Notes under the pieces: model-generated
What the model saw: only the letters and a program-made list of their open reading frames with translations
Told to the model about the DNA's origin: nothing
Databases searched by the model: none
Made by a program: the position numbers and the translations under genes
Shown here: positions 29,401 to 41,870 of the stretch, piece by piece
Layout of the letters: each line of letters begins with the position of its first letter
Position numbering within the stretch: the stretch's first letter is position 1
NCBI GenBank assembly: GCA_964016885.1
Contig: OZ024741.1
Coordinates: 30,690,001-30,754,000 of the forward strand
Source of the DNA: Eledone cirrhosa
Taxonomy: Eukaryota
Reading direction: 5' to 3'
DNA: 64,000 nucleotides

Positions 29401-30498
29401 TGAAGATAAACTATGTGTGAATTTGTAATTGTATAATTAAATGCTTAAATTACACAACATAATAGTAATAAAGTAGTTATACACTTATAATTAAATATAG
29501 AATGCAATAGCATTCTATATTAGGGATTGTATTATTGCACATATGGCATATCTACTATGACATATTAACAGCAGTATAACCCTTCATAACCTATACCTTG
29601 TCCAGTAATGAATAGATAACAATCTAAAGAAACCTTTAATGTATGATAGTAGAATACATTATATTTAAAATCAGGCATAAATATACAGGGTTATGTAACA
29701 GAGATCCAATGGTATTACATTATATTGTGTATTAGAACAAATAATTTTAATAACTGAATTGAACTTAATTAGCTAGTTACCTCCCCTTACTCATTAGCTC
29801 CCCTTATCCACTTCTGGAAATTAACGATTAAAAATTTAATGGTTGATCAAATATAGTCTATGAATATGAATTCATTAAGACTAATTTACAATCCATTGCT
29901 CTAACTAACTTAAAACACTCAATATAAACATTAATTGAAATTTAATTCAACATATGTCACCCACCATAGACTCTAATACATTAACAGAGTTGCTTCAACT
30001 GTAGTATTTATTCATCTATATATGCATAATAGCTTTGCTTGTCTCCTTCTCATGTATATGACTTACGCAGTCACAATATCCACACGCCTGCATATGATTT
30101 GTTATCGCACTCTTCCTTTCTCAAAACTGCTTCCTCAATGCCTCTTTAATATTTGGACTATTCCCTTGTTTTAACTGTTGCATGTATTCCACTCCGTGCT
30201 TTTGATTTTGATTTTAATTTTAATTTTGATTTGAATTTGAACTTGAATGTTTGTACAATGATTGTACAATTCTCGTAAAAAATATATGTCACATCCATTC
30301 CACCCTGTAAATACGAAACTGTTGCTCACAACATCAATTTATATGTATCTATATTATTGTTCAGTTGAATAGGAGGGTAATTATATGTGCAAACATTGAT
30401 AATGCTCCGATGACTCCAAACGAGAGTTTGGAAGAAATGATTGTCAGCTATTAAATGATTTGAACACAACTTTGATAATTGTATAATTTATTTATTTA
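26456..30498 (+). mobile_element. Near full-length, frameshifted Penelope-like retroelement (Naiad-like): RT plus GIY-YIG, ~53-bp direct terminal repeat
   Basis: ORF pieces 26689-28923 include ADKSNNIY, RLICHSKSDIG, QLDINSYYTSI, ITMGS, YHNDA, SKHPKSI, FNLPFN, CNCRTNRTCPLCNNCL and YIGSTSNNFKTRYNSH. 26456-26508 is repeated at 30446-30498. Confidence 0.9.
30400..30453 (+). ncRNA. Decayed hammerhead ribozyme in the PLE 3' end
   Basis: taatgct-CCGATGA-c-tccaaac(gaga)gtttgga-a-GAAA-tgattg-TC-agctatta. tgattg is plausibly a CpG-decayed palindrome cgatcg. Confidence 0.65.
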
Positions 30499-30512
30499 TG
30501 TATATATATATT

Positions 30513-30555
<43 letters not shown>

Positions 30556-30567
30556 ATATATATACAT

Positions 30568-30604
<37 letters not shown>

Positions 30605-31088
30605 TATATATATTTATCCGTGTGCAACGCTCTGCACTATAAAACTCCATCATCGCCTTTAGGCTAATACGGCTTATCAAGAGACCCCTCAGAAAAAGGA
30701 CTGTTTATTTCGTAGCGAGTGAAAAAATCTCGAGAGGCGGAGGGAGAAATTAAAACATAATGCCGTGGTCACAGACGAGTAGGAAGGTTGTCAGTGAGCG
30801 ATAACTTATTTGCTAGAAAAACAAGTTAGTACACTCCTGGGTTAACTCGACCATAGGGGGGTTTGGGACAATATAATAATTAAACGCACACACATAGTTG
30901 TATGTAGATGTGTATGTGTGTGGTGTCTGGAATAATCAAAATAATTAAAATAACTCAATAATCAGCGCTATTTATCAAATTACAAAATATGAGGAAATAA
31001 TAGACTAAAATGTATCTATTGTTCCGTCAAAATCTCGACTGCTGTCAGTACTTTGAAGCAAAAATAGATATATTTTTGTCTACAGACC

Positions 31089-31220
31089 ATCCCTTTATGG
31101 TCTGAGTTAAAATTCCGTCGAGGTTAACTTCGCCTTTCATCCTTACGAGGTCGATAACATAAAGTACCAGTAATACACTGGGATAATTGCTGCTCTTGTG
31201 TCAAAAGTAGAAATAATTAT
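31089..31220 (+). mobile_element. SINE family B, 5'-truncated
   Basis: ccctttatggtctgagttaaaattcc...gcctttcatccttacgaggtcgataa...aaagtagaaataattatt. Confidence 0.8.
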
Positions 31221-32235
31221 TTCCACATATTTTGTAATTTGATACCACTATCCACCACCCACCATCACCCACCCATACCTAGCAATAACTTAACTAACCC
31301 ACCTATACCACCTCCTCTCGACTCCAAGCCTCACCACCCACACCTACCACCCAAATCCAACTTAACAAAATATATACGCTCACTTACGTGTATGTACATA
31401 TCAAAACAGCGATCGACAGAACCCTTTCACACACACTGACAATACCCCTTCGCATGTCAACTATGCTTTCTACACACATACATATAACTACATACACACA
31501 TACATATACACATGCTAATCTCAGCCACCTCTGCTCATTATGTTTCCTCTTGTTATATTGTATGCCTACGGCATCCAAAGAGGGCATAGGAATACAATAC
31601 AATAGGAGGAAACATAATAGCACCACTGACGATGTTGCAGATGCGCAACGAAAGAAATTTGTTAAACTATATATACGTGTCTATATTGTATCTGTATTTT
31701 TGACCGTTGGTCAGTCAATGGTAACATTGAGGACCGAATGAATTAAATTAACCGATATAAAAGACACAGAAGCGAAAACCAACCAAACAGTGAGTGTGTT
31801 CCGTTATTAATTCTGGCAATATTATTACACAAATATGACCCTCCCCAAGTATAAATATATTTGTGTCGACACAGGATTTCATATAAAAAGCCTCGCAAAA
31901 CTAATTCATCGCCGTTATATATATATATATATATATATATGAATGTATGTATAGTATATTTGGCAATATACCGTATGTTTAATTAAAAACATTTAGAAGA
32001 CCATACGCTATCGGTTTTAAAATAGTGACTATGTCACTTACTTCTTTTCGGCGAAAGAAGGGAGAGAAGCTAACAGTCTGTTTCACGCTGGTTGGTGATC
32101 ATCAGAGCCACGCATCCATTGCTTCCGCCGAAAATGATAGAAGGTGGATTCGTATAGAATTTCAGTAATAATCAGGAGCTGATTAATCAGAGCAATTGCC
32201 GGTCCAGCAAAAATTACGTATATCGTATATATATA

Positions 32236-32969
32236 TAAGCTTTCACCGTATTTTTAGACTAAAGAAATTTCTAGCCTGATAGTGGGGTTTATAACCCTCG
32301 GAGAAATGGAAAAAGATGAGTGTTGCCGTACATGGGAGTCGAACCCACATCTTTGGTTAACCAGACCACTGTGCTACCATTACACCAATACACATGCCAT
32401 CTCCTTCCATTCGAATTAGAAGCTATGAACTTAGCAAGTGAATGATAAACAAGCAAATTATAAACGTAAACATGTAAGTATGTTTTTGAAATTAGAAATT
32501 AGAAATTATAAGCTTTCACCGTATTTTTAGACTACATAAATTTCTAGCCTGATAGTGGGGTTTATAAATTTCTTTAGTCTAAAAATACGGTGAAAGCTTA
32601 TAATTTCTAATTTCTAATTTCAAACTCGCGCAACGCTTCAAAAACATACTTACATGTATACGTTTATAATTTGCTTGTTTATCATTCACTTGCTAAGTTC
32701 ATAGCTTCTAATTCGAATGGAAGAAGGTGGGATGTGTATTGGTGTAATGGAAGCACAATGGTCTGGTTAACCAAAGATGTGGGTTCGACTCCCATGTACG
32801 GCAACACTCATCTTTTTCCATTTCTCCGAGGGTTATAAACCCCACTATCAGGCTAGAAATTTCTTTAGTCTAAATATACGGTGAAAGCTTATAATTTCTA
32901 ATTTCTAATTTCAAACTCGCGCAACGCTTCAAAAACATACTTACATATTTACGTTTATAATTTGCTTGT
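32236..32969. repeat. Inverted plus tandem element with ~291-bp unit containing a tRNA-like Pol III cassette
   Basis: Minus-orientation block 32236-32566, plus-orientation block 32567-32969. aaatttctttagtc recurs at 32566 and 32857. TA flanks. Confidence 0.85.
32733..32802 (+). pseudogene. tRNA-like sequence (mirror copy 32324-32394, minus strand); not a confident functional tRNA
   Basis: D-arm GGTGTAATGG(T/A)AGCAC, anticodon arm tggt-ctggtta-acca, T-arm GTGGG-TTCGACT-CCCAT, TTTTT about 10 nt downstream. Acceptor stem is imperfect. Confidence 0.55.
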
Positions 32970-32982
32970 ATATATATATATA

Positions 32983-34212
32983 TACAAAGATCGGAATTAA
33001 GAGTAATCCGCAGTTCACTGTAATAATAATAATAATAGTATTAGCTCAAAGAAGAATAGAGAATTTCCTTCTGAGCTCAAATGCAAGTATATATTAGACA
33101 AAGAGAAGTGTGTTACACAGTGAGATGTGTGTAAAGAATTATTACAAGTGATTTTACCGTTACTGTATAGGGAACAATATCTACAGGTTAGCAATTAAAT
33201 AGAAAAAAACGAATTCAGAATCAAATCTCTGGATTAGAGTTTTAAATCACAAACCGTATAACTATATTTTGCTGATAGGAATCTAGCTTTGTTTCACCAC
33301 TTATATGTGCAGTATCAGTTCACACGGATCCTCAGTCAGCAAATGCGAACACTGAACACTACACATCTAACCTCATGGATAGAGAGATTGCAAATAGACA
33401 CGCTGGCCAGAGTAGGGCGAAACCACGTGTTATTTGAATCAAATAACGGCTCTCATGGATTGGGGAAGATGCTAGAAAGTGCAGCCCAACCATTCGAATT
33501 ATTAGCTCAACAATTTGGAGCTCATTAAGTATACAAAGATCGGAATTAAGAGTATTCCGCAGTTCACTGTAATAATAATAATAATAGTTTTAGCTCAAAG
33601 AAGAATAGAGAATTTCCTTCTGAGCTCAAATGCAAGTATATATTTCACAAAGATAAGTGTGTTACACAGTCAGATCTATGTAAAGAATTATTACAAGTGA
33701 TTTTACCGTTACTGTATAGGGAACAATATCTACAGGTTAGCAATTAAATAGAAAAAAACGAATTCAGAATCAAATCTCTGGATTAGAGCTAATAATTCGA
33801 ATGGTTGGCCTGCACTTTCTTGCATCTTCCCCAAACCATGAGAGCCGTTATTTGAATCAAATAACACGTGATTTCGCCCCACTCTGGCCAGCGTGTCTAT
33901 TTGCAATCTCTCTATCCATGAGGTTAGATGTGTAGTGTTCAGTGTTCGCATTTGCTGACTGCGGATCCGTGTGAACTGATACTGCACATATAAGTGGTGA
34001 AACGAAGCTAGATTCCTATCAGCAAAATATAGTTATAATGTTTGTGATTTAAAACTCTAATCCAGAGATTTGATTCTGAATTCGTTTTTTTTCTATTTAA
34101 TTGCTAACCTGTAGATATTGTTCCCTATACAGTAACGGTAAAATCACTTGTAATAATTCTTTACACACATCTCACTGTGTAACACACTTCTCTTTGTGTA
34201 ATATATACTTAT
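32983..34212 (-). mobile_element. Hammerhead-bearing 549-bp tandem element with inverted segment (candidate retrozyme)
   Basis: tacaaagatcggaattaag at 32983 and 33532 (period 549). About 33787-34210 is an inverted copy of about 33085-33508. TA flanks. Confidence 0.8.
33268..33343 (-). ncRNA. Type-I hammerhead ribozyme (mirror copy 33951-34026 plus, core mutated to CTGCGGA)
   Basis: tttgctga-CTGAGGA-tccgtgtg...cacatataagtggt-GAAA-c(a/g)aagctagattcc-TA-tcagcaaa: 8-bp stem I, near-palindromic stem III. Confidence 0.7.
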
Positions 34213-34219
34213 ATATATA

Positions 34220-35526
34220 TAGGAAATACTATGACCCCGACGGCAGAGCTCAAGCCGTTTCGACGGCTATTTCTGGACTCTTTCCCACTCTACTACCCTA
34301 AGTATTGAGTAGTCTGGTGCGTTATGGTCCATCTGGTTCCTTACCACAATTCCTTTGTTATATATATATATATTTATATATATAACGAAGGAAATGTGGT
34401 AAGGAACCAGGTGGACCATAACGCACCAAAGTACTCAATACTTAGGGTAGTAGAGTGGGTAATAGGAACGAGTAGGACCCCGACGGCTGAGCTCAAGCCG
34501 TTTAGACGGCTAATTCTGGACTAAATGAACATTTTTCTCCTGGTATATGAATAGCCGAGCTTCTCAGGGGGTAATTCCATATATGGTAAAAGTTATTGTC
34601 ACAAGGATTGGTCAAAAGTTTGTTGTTGAGATACATAATTCTATCATGGCAATTTGTGCAGGGAAGGGATAGCTGAACTAGTCAGTAGAAGAAAGAAGGA
34701 GAGGGAGTGAAGGAAACCCAATCGTGCGTTGATAGTGCCAACTACAGCAGAATCCTAAGGATAAGAGGTCAAAAGAAGTATACTAGGGAAGGGGAGGGGG
34801 AGGAGGTCGAAACGATAAGTAAAACAATATGGGGTAAATAAATAGAAAAAAATACCGAGAATGTTAAAAAAACAACAATTAAATGTAAAAAAAAAAAAAA
34901 CAATTTCTGGTTACTATAACCTAAGGACAGCTGTCAAGTCTCTCACTGGTACTGCTAGACTAAAGAAAGGTTTACTAGGTGGGACGGAATTATAAAGGGC
35001 CTCATTATAATTCCGTCCCACCTAGTAAACCTTTCTTTAGTCTAGCAGTACCAGTGAGAGACTTGACAGCTGTCCTTAGGTTATAGTAACCAGAAATTGT
35101 TTTGTTTTTTTTTACATTTAATTTTTTTTTAACATTCTCGGTATTTTTCTATTTATTTACCCCATATTGTTTTACTTATTGTTTCGACCTCCTCCCCCTC
35201 CCCTTCCCTAGTATACTTCTCTTGACCTCTTATCCTTAGGATTCTCCTGTAGTTGGCACTATCAACGCACGATTGGGTTTCCTTCACTCCCTCTCCCTCT
35301 TTTTTTCGACTGGCTAGTTCAGCTATCCCTTCCCTCCACAAATTGCCATGATAGAATTATGTGTCTCAACAACAAACTTTTGACCAATCCTTGTGACAAT
35401 AACATTTACCATATAGGGAATTACCCCCTGAGAAGCTCGGCTATTCATATACCAGGATAAAAATGTTCATTTAGTCCAGAATTAGTCGTCGAAACGGCTT
35501 GAGCTCAGCCGTCGAGGTCCTACTCG

Positions 35527-35530
<4 letters not shown>
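34220..35530. repeat. HHR family F: short copy plus ~530-bp-arm foldback
   Basis: 34466-34995 is inverted at 35005-35530 with a 9-nt spacer agggcctca. Additional partial copy at 34220-34360. TA flanks. Confidence 0.9.
35423..35518 (+). ncRNA. Hammerhead-like fold with long stem II and core CUGAGAA (mirror 34477-34572, minus strand)
   Basis: acccc-CTGAGAA-gctcggctattc...gaattag(c/t)cgtc-GAAA-cggct(tgagctc)agccg-TC-g(g/a)ggt. All three stems pair in the family consensus. Confidence 0.6.
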
Positions 35531-35565
<35 letters not shown>

Positions 35566-35908
35566 AATGTAGAGAAGTGACACATGAGTTGATATATATA
35601 TATATATATATATATATAATAGTAAAAGAGAAGGAAAAAAAAACAGTAGAAACTGCTAGAGGGATTTTCTCTCAGAATAACATCAACACATTTATTTACA
35701 AAATAGGAATGTCCGCATTAAATTGAACCGGTTTCAGCTTTATATGCTTTTTCAAAGACGGAAGTGTATAATGCAATTAAATTGTATATTAATAAGTATA
35801 ATAAGAATAAGGAGAAACAATTTGTTTTTACATATTTAGAAAGAACAGTTCACATGTTTGTCCGTAGTTTTCTTTCTTTTTGTCTTAGTGCTGACCTTAG
35901 CCTTACCA

Positions 35909-35953
<45 letters not shown>

Positions 35954-35974
35954 CATATGTATATAATGCATATG

Positions 35975-36005
<31 letters not shown>

Positions 36006-36214
36006 GTATACATATTTATACAAATATCTGTGTGTAACGGATAGTTACATCAAATCGAAGTCCATAACGTATTTGGGTCGATATTATCGATTACATACCC
36101 GTCAAGGCAATACCTCAGTATGGTTTAGGGTTAATGACCAAAAACCCGTAAAATGTTAAAAGAATATAGGACACACATTCCCATACACACACACAAAAGA
36201 AGCAGACACACACA

Positions 36215-36312
<98 letters not shown>

Positions 36313-37748
36313 CACAGACATATATATATATATATATATATACACATATTAGGCCATTTTTTTCTGAAATATCTGATTTCGTAACAAAACTATCAATTCC
36401 AAATAGGACACTTCATATTTAATGACGTGTTATACGTGTTTGTGCCTGTGTGTGTTTGTGTTTGTGTGTATCTATTTGTGTGTCTGTGTGCGTGTGTTTG
36501 TGTGTGTGTGAATCTGCTCGTGTCTTTATGTAAATGAATACTGAAGAGTTAAAAAAATTGTGTCTGGTAAATATATAAAATAGGTATATTAATGCAACTG
36601 TGTTACATTACACAATTGAAAAATCTGTATCATAAAGTGTCTAGCATTATGTTCGACTTCAGCGTAGCTATTGATTATGTCATTATGAATGACTTTCCAT
36701 AGATTTTTACATTTCTTCCGATACGCTTGCCAATGATCATGTTGTGCAAATGTTTGCTTGTCGCTATGATATTTATTTACACATTTATTTTGTTTTCATT
36801 GATTTTCTGCTCTATGTAAGTCCTTGTTGTATATGAGTCTCAGATATATCGGTTTTTGTTTTTGTGTTTTTTTTTGTGGGGTTTGGTTAGTGATGCTTGC
36901 CATTCTCACCAATATGTAGCAATATATGTGTCTATACGTGATGGTTCGACGTACAATAAATAGTAAAGAGAAATTATCTTAAAATTACACCTGACTGGTA
37001 AAATCAGGCGCGAGAATGCTTCCGAGGCGTGCCACTAGGTCAGCGGTGCCGATACCGTGTGCCGCGATATCTAACTAGATGCGCCGCTAAATACTAAGTT
37101 TAAATTTTGTGGAAAATGCCAACTGAAATTCATCTAAAATTTCATATATAAACGTCAAAGTGGCGAACAAGTAAAGTCTAGTAACAAGATCTTGCTGAAT
37201 AAATGTTCGAATATATGGTATACAGTGTGCCAGAAAATATTTTATTTTCCAAATTGCGGCGTAACAAAAAAGAAATTTGAGAATCACAGCTTTAGGTGAT
37301 TGCTAGAGGAAGGATTTTAGATTTAACTATTAGCGTTAATTATCAAAATAAGTTTTCCTGTAACAAATACATATTGTCGCTTGGAATGGTAGAGGACATA
37401 GCTGCCTTCCAACATATGGTTATAGATAAAGTGAGGAGAATCAGAATGCTGAATGTTTCATCTCAGCGAATGTGTAACCCATCGAGCAACAGTGACACTA
37501 ACATGAGATTGGTGGTGTAACATCTCTGAGGTCAGTAGCCAAGTTCACACATCTCCCATACTGTGCTATGGCTAAGATCCATAGATATGGTGGTCACACG
37601 CGTTATTATGCTACCAAAAATAAATGAATGACTCACACCAAAATCAAAGCTGCATCGCCCAACACACAGTTAACAAATCCTGTTGTGGACCAGCTATGAT
37701 TCAATATTATGTAGGGATGATATGTGGCCACACTAATCAATTTGTTGT

Positions 37749-37991
37749 GAAGGCCCGTGACTAGGTGGTTTGAGAATTGGATTCGCAATCGAGAGGTTGT
37801 GAGTTCGATTCCAGGACTGGGCGATGCGTTGTGTCCTTGGGAAAGACACTTTATTTCACGTTGCTTCTTCTACCTGGAGTTGCGACCGATAGAGAGTATT
37901 AGCAATTGGAAAGACCAATGGAAACATTGTTTCCTCGGTCCGATTTGACGAAAGTCGATTACTAATATGTAAATGCTCACTTATAGTATTA

Positions 37992-37992
<1 letters not shown>
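37749..37992 (+). mobile_element. SINE family A, full length, followed by (CTT)n
   Basis: Matches 996-1210 and 22566-22785. Confidence 0.85.
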
Positions 37993-38022
<30 letters not shown>

Positions 38023-38372
38023 CTTCTTCTCCCATCTATTCCTGAGAGGGTTGGGGCTGGATCCCCGAGCGAGACCATCTAGCTGGGGTCTATCTCTGGA
38101 TCTCTTCCAAGTTGGTTTTTCCCTTAAAATCTGTCAATATTAACCTACAATGTCTGATTTCTACACTCCTTCAGCCAATTATCTGTATTAATATCATCAG
38201 CTTCAATTTAATCTCACATGCTTTCTATAGTATCATTATTGATATGATGATCTAGAACTAAAATAACATGAGGTCGGATTAGATAACTGATTCTGCAAAG
38301 AAAAACGCAATTCATCTAGCAAATGAAACATACGGAATACTCCTTAGCTCCTCCGCCCTACAATATAGTATA

Positions 38373-38564
38373 CGAAGGGGTGTGGAATAGTTCCTGGATT
38401 TCGGTAAAAGAATTTGCAGGAGGATCAGTTAATTCTGATATTATTGAACATATTCCCCTCCAAGATTCACACACTTATTACAGCGATCCTACCTCCCCTG
38501 TAAAGGTAATAGCTCTACTCTTTCACGATACCCTTAAAACCAAGAACTTGTCAGCCCCGTCTCG
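38373..38564. mobile_element. mariner-type MITE
   Basis: TA-cgaaggggtgtggaatagttcctgg...ccaagaacttgtcagccccgtctcg-TA; imperfect TIRs. Confidence 0.55.
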
Positions 38565-39598
38565 TACAATAGAAACTAACCGTAATTGTGAATGCAGCAT
38601 TCAAAGTCAAACTTTGGACCATCGTTATCATGCTATAATCCAACCAATTGGAGTTGTAAATCTCAAGCTATAAAATTTATATCGAAATATCCTGGCTTCT
38701 CGACAGATCGCAAATCATTCGGCTCTAATCATTGTTGAAGACATGAATTCGTAGATTTGCGAGTATAGCCCTCCGCAATTTAATCAATTGCTTAGTAATC
38801 ACATACTAAATGTTGTCATTGAAAATATCATAATTTGACTAAACATTTGATTAAATAAAAGATCTACAGTATGACCCATATCTATACCAAATTTGTCACG
38901 AGATGACTTGAAAGCATATTCGTAAAGAAAATGTGGAAAAACAGCTCGCTTAATTACGAAATAAATAATGCATTTAAAAGAGTCAGTTTTTATCTCTCGA
39001 AAAGAATCCAGCTGGTGCACGTGATAATAGACAGAACATCTTAAAATATTCTTCATATAATTGATTCCCGCGTAATAAAAATGAAATTATCAACCTCAAA
39101 TTAATGCGATCAAAGACAGGTTCAAGGAATTGTGAGCCGAACCTGTAATCAAATTCCCTAATGCAGCATATAACACTTTTATAGTTCCTTATCAACTCAC
39201 TGCAAAAGATTGCAGCCTCATTAGGGCTAAAATCAAACGATGAGACATGTGAACCAGAACCAATTACTGAAAAGTGTGCTGATCTGTGGCGCCCAATTAA
39301 ACTCAACCAACGCATCCAGAAAAATATATCACAAATTTCGAATCAATTCCATAAGTTCTCACAAATACATACGAATTCGAAAACAGAAATACATTGAGTT
39401 CAAAATGAATTTGATTCCGTCTCCAGAAGCTAACACACAAATCTTCCAGACAGGAAAAGAAAATTCTCCAAGAACAACCACTCTAGCACCTATTGTGTCT
39501 CAGACAAATTTATAGAAACTGTTGTTAAACTGAATATTGAGAGCAAACCTGGGGAGTTCCCTTTAGATACACTCATTTGTGTAATTCTTCTTCTTCTT

Positions 39599-39629
<31 letters not shown>

Positions 39630-41020
39630 TTTAGTTTCGGCCTAACGTCTCAGGTCATCCACAAATACTCTATGTGTTAGGTTTGCCTTTGTTTCTGGCT
39701 TCCCATGAACCAATTACCTCTCCTTCATATTCCTTACCATAAAGGACAACGGATTTATTGACAGTATAATCAGCATCTTAGTGAGATTGTCTCTCTGATA
39801 TATCCCACTGTATTATTCTATTTATGTACTTATGTATGTATGTATATACGTACATATACATCTCTGTATGCTTGCATGTATGTATGTATTTATATATGTA
39901 TATATGCATGGGCGTGTGTATATATGTATGTATTTATGTATTTATGTGCATATGTAGTATATAAGCATGCAAGTTTGTCTCTATGTATAGATATATGTCG
40001 GTATGTATGTATGTACATATGTATTATGTATCTATTTGTATACTAATTATTGGTGACCTATGTATTTGAAGACCATAAATATGGCGCTTAATAGAATATT
40101 TCGTTTTCTACTCGAAGTATATGATATATTCTCTTATAACACTGCTGTAAGATGTATCATTTTGGGGTTGGTGGTGGTCTGTCTATCAGTGTTTTAGTTT
40201 CTTGATTCCCGGTGAAGATTTCCTGTGAACATTCGTTATACTTTGAGATAGACAGCGAACAAGACATATTTAACATAATTGGGTAGTAAATATCTATCAG
40301 GTTCAAGATTCTAATCATCTGCAAATGTTGTATCGTAAGTCTACTACGTGACAACAACAGCAGTAACAGCAACTGCAATAACAACATCGATAGCATCTCT
40401 CAAAAGGACTAGAAATGTATATGAAAATAAACGTCAAATATGGTGGGCAAATGATCGTCATGACATCATGTGATATATCTGCTTACAATTAAAGAAACAT
40501 AGTGGACATATATCATTATAACTGTGACCAATAATCGTTACGTCCTGATGTTTAGACATAAATATTTTGATAAAAACGACCCTGGATTACGACAATAAAT
40601 ATATAAATTTCTATTTTTCACATAAAATACGTGTGTTGTATGTGCATAGAGGTTCATCATTAAGTCAACACCTAATAGATTACGTCTAATGATTGTATTG
40701 ATCTATAAATCAATCTATACCTTGCTTTAAACTGGGTACATAGAATAATTGATCTCACTTCTCAAAAGGATTTAATTGTAACACATTTTGACCGCATTTC
40801 CTTCTAGTTAATCAATATGTATCAATTGTATTTCAAAACCAATATGATAGTTAGCTTTTTTGAATACTTGCAGCAGTTCAATAAAAGAGAATGGTGGCCA
40901 GGGGTTGATATTAAACTACACAACGGCTTGATTCTAATATCTAAGAACATGAAAGTTTCTTCCAAAATGTGTTTTCATTTTCCATCTATATAAATTAACA
41001 CATGTCACAGCTATCTAATA

Positions 41021-41870
41021 CGAGGTGCGTTCAAAACGTATCCGACATTTGGGGTTTTAAAAATTGTACATTTCACAAACTTTATTTAATAATCTTTAGA
41101 ATACTCCCCGTAGAATTTCTCACGCTTCTCTCGGTGGTTTTGTCCCTACACGCAATACATCTGGAACCCCTTCTCAGGAATGTTGTGGAACTCCAGCGTC
41201 ACATTTCTCCTAATTTTCTCTCGCGACAAAAATTGCTTCACTTTCAGCGTGGCTTTCAGATTGGGGAAGACCCAGAAGTCATATGATCTCACATTGGCAG
41301 ATTAGGAGTGGTGTTTTGTTCTTGACTAGGAAATCCTGTATATGTGGGCGGAATGAACAGGCGGATTGTCGTGGTGAAGTTGTCAATACTTCGCCGCCCA
41401 AATGTTCGGCCTTTTTCGACGCACGGCATAATGAAGGCGACATTCCTAAGCTCTATTCCTTATTGATTCTTTGGATTTGTGTTATTGATTTTTTGGCCTT
41501 GTGGTGCGTATTCAAGATGCACAATATCACGGGAGTCAAAGAAACAGGTCAACATTTCGCTTGAATTGCTTCGAACCTATCGTAACTCTTTTCGCCTTGG
41601 TGTTGACGGATGCTTCCTTTGGGAGGATTGGAACTTAGCTTCTGGGTCGTAACCATAACCCATGTCTCATCACCATTGATGAAGTGTGGGGCATGGCTTG
41701 CACAGTCAAGCATGTCCTGGGCGATTTCCATGAGGAATTGTTTCTGCTGCTCCACCAGGATTCTGGGGGCGAATTTCGCCAGCATTCTCCGCACGCAAGA
41801 ATCTTCCGTTAAATGGAATACACATGCCTTGGGGAAATTATTCTGTGAGCCCATAAATACGAAAAATGAC
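41021..41870 (-). mobile_element. mariner transposon relic (3' TIR plus transposase fragment)
   Basis: ORF 41549..41854 has RRMLAKFAPRILVEQQKQ...FINGDETWV (first catalytic D motif). TA-cgaggtgcgttcaaaa terminus. Confidence 0.8.

Noticed and set aside
32833-32894. Possible hammerhead or twister in the 291-bp unit (GAAAGCTT palindrome)
   Set aside because: No CUGANGA-like core or twister pseudoknot found; better explained as a simple long hairpin.
38799-39515. Overlapping 85-110 aa ORFs in non-microsatellite sequence
   Set aside because: No recognisable domain or splice pattern; left unassigned, probably an old repeat relic.
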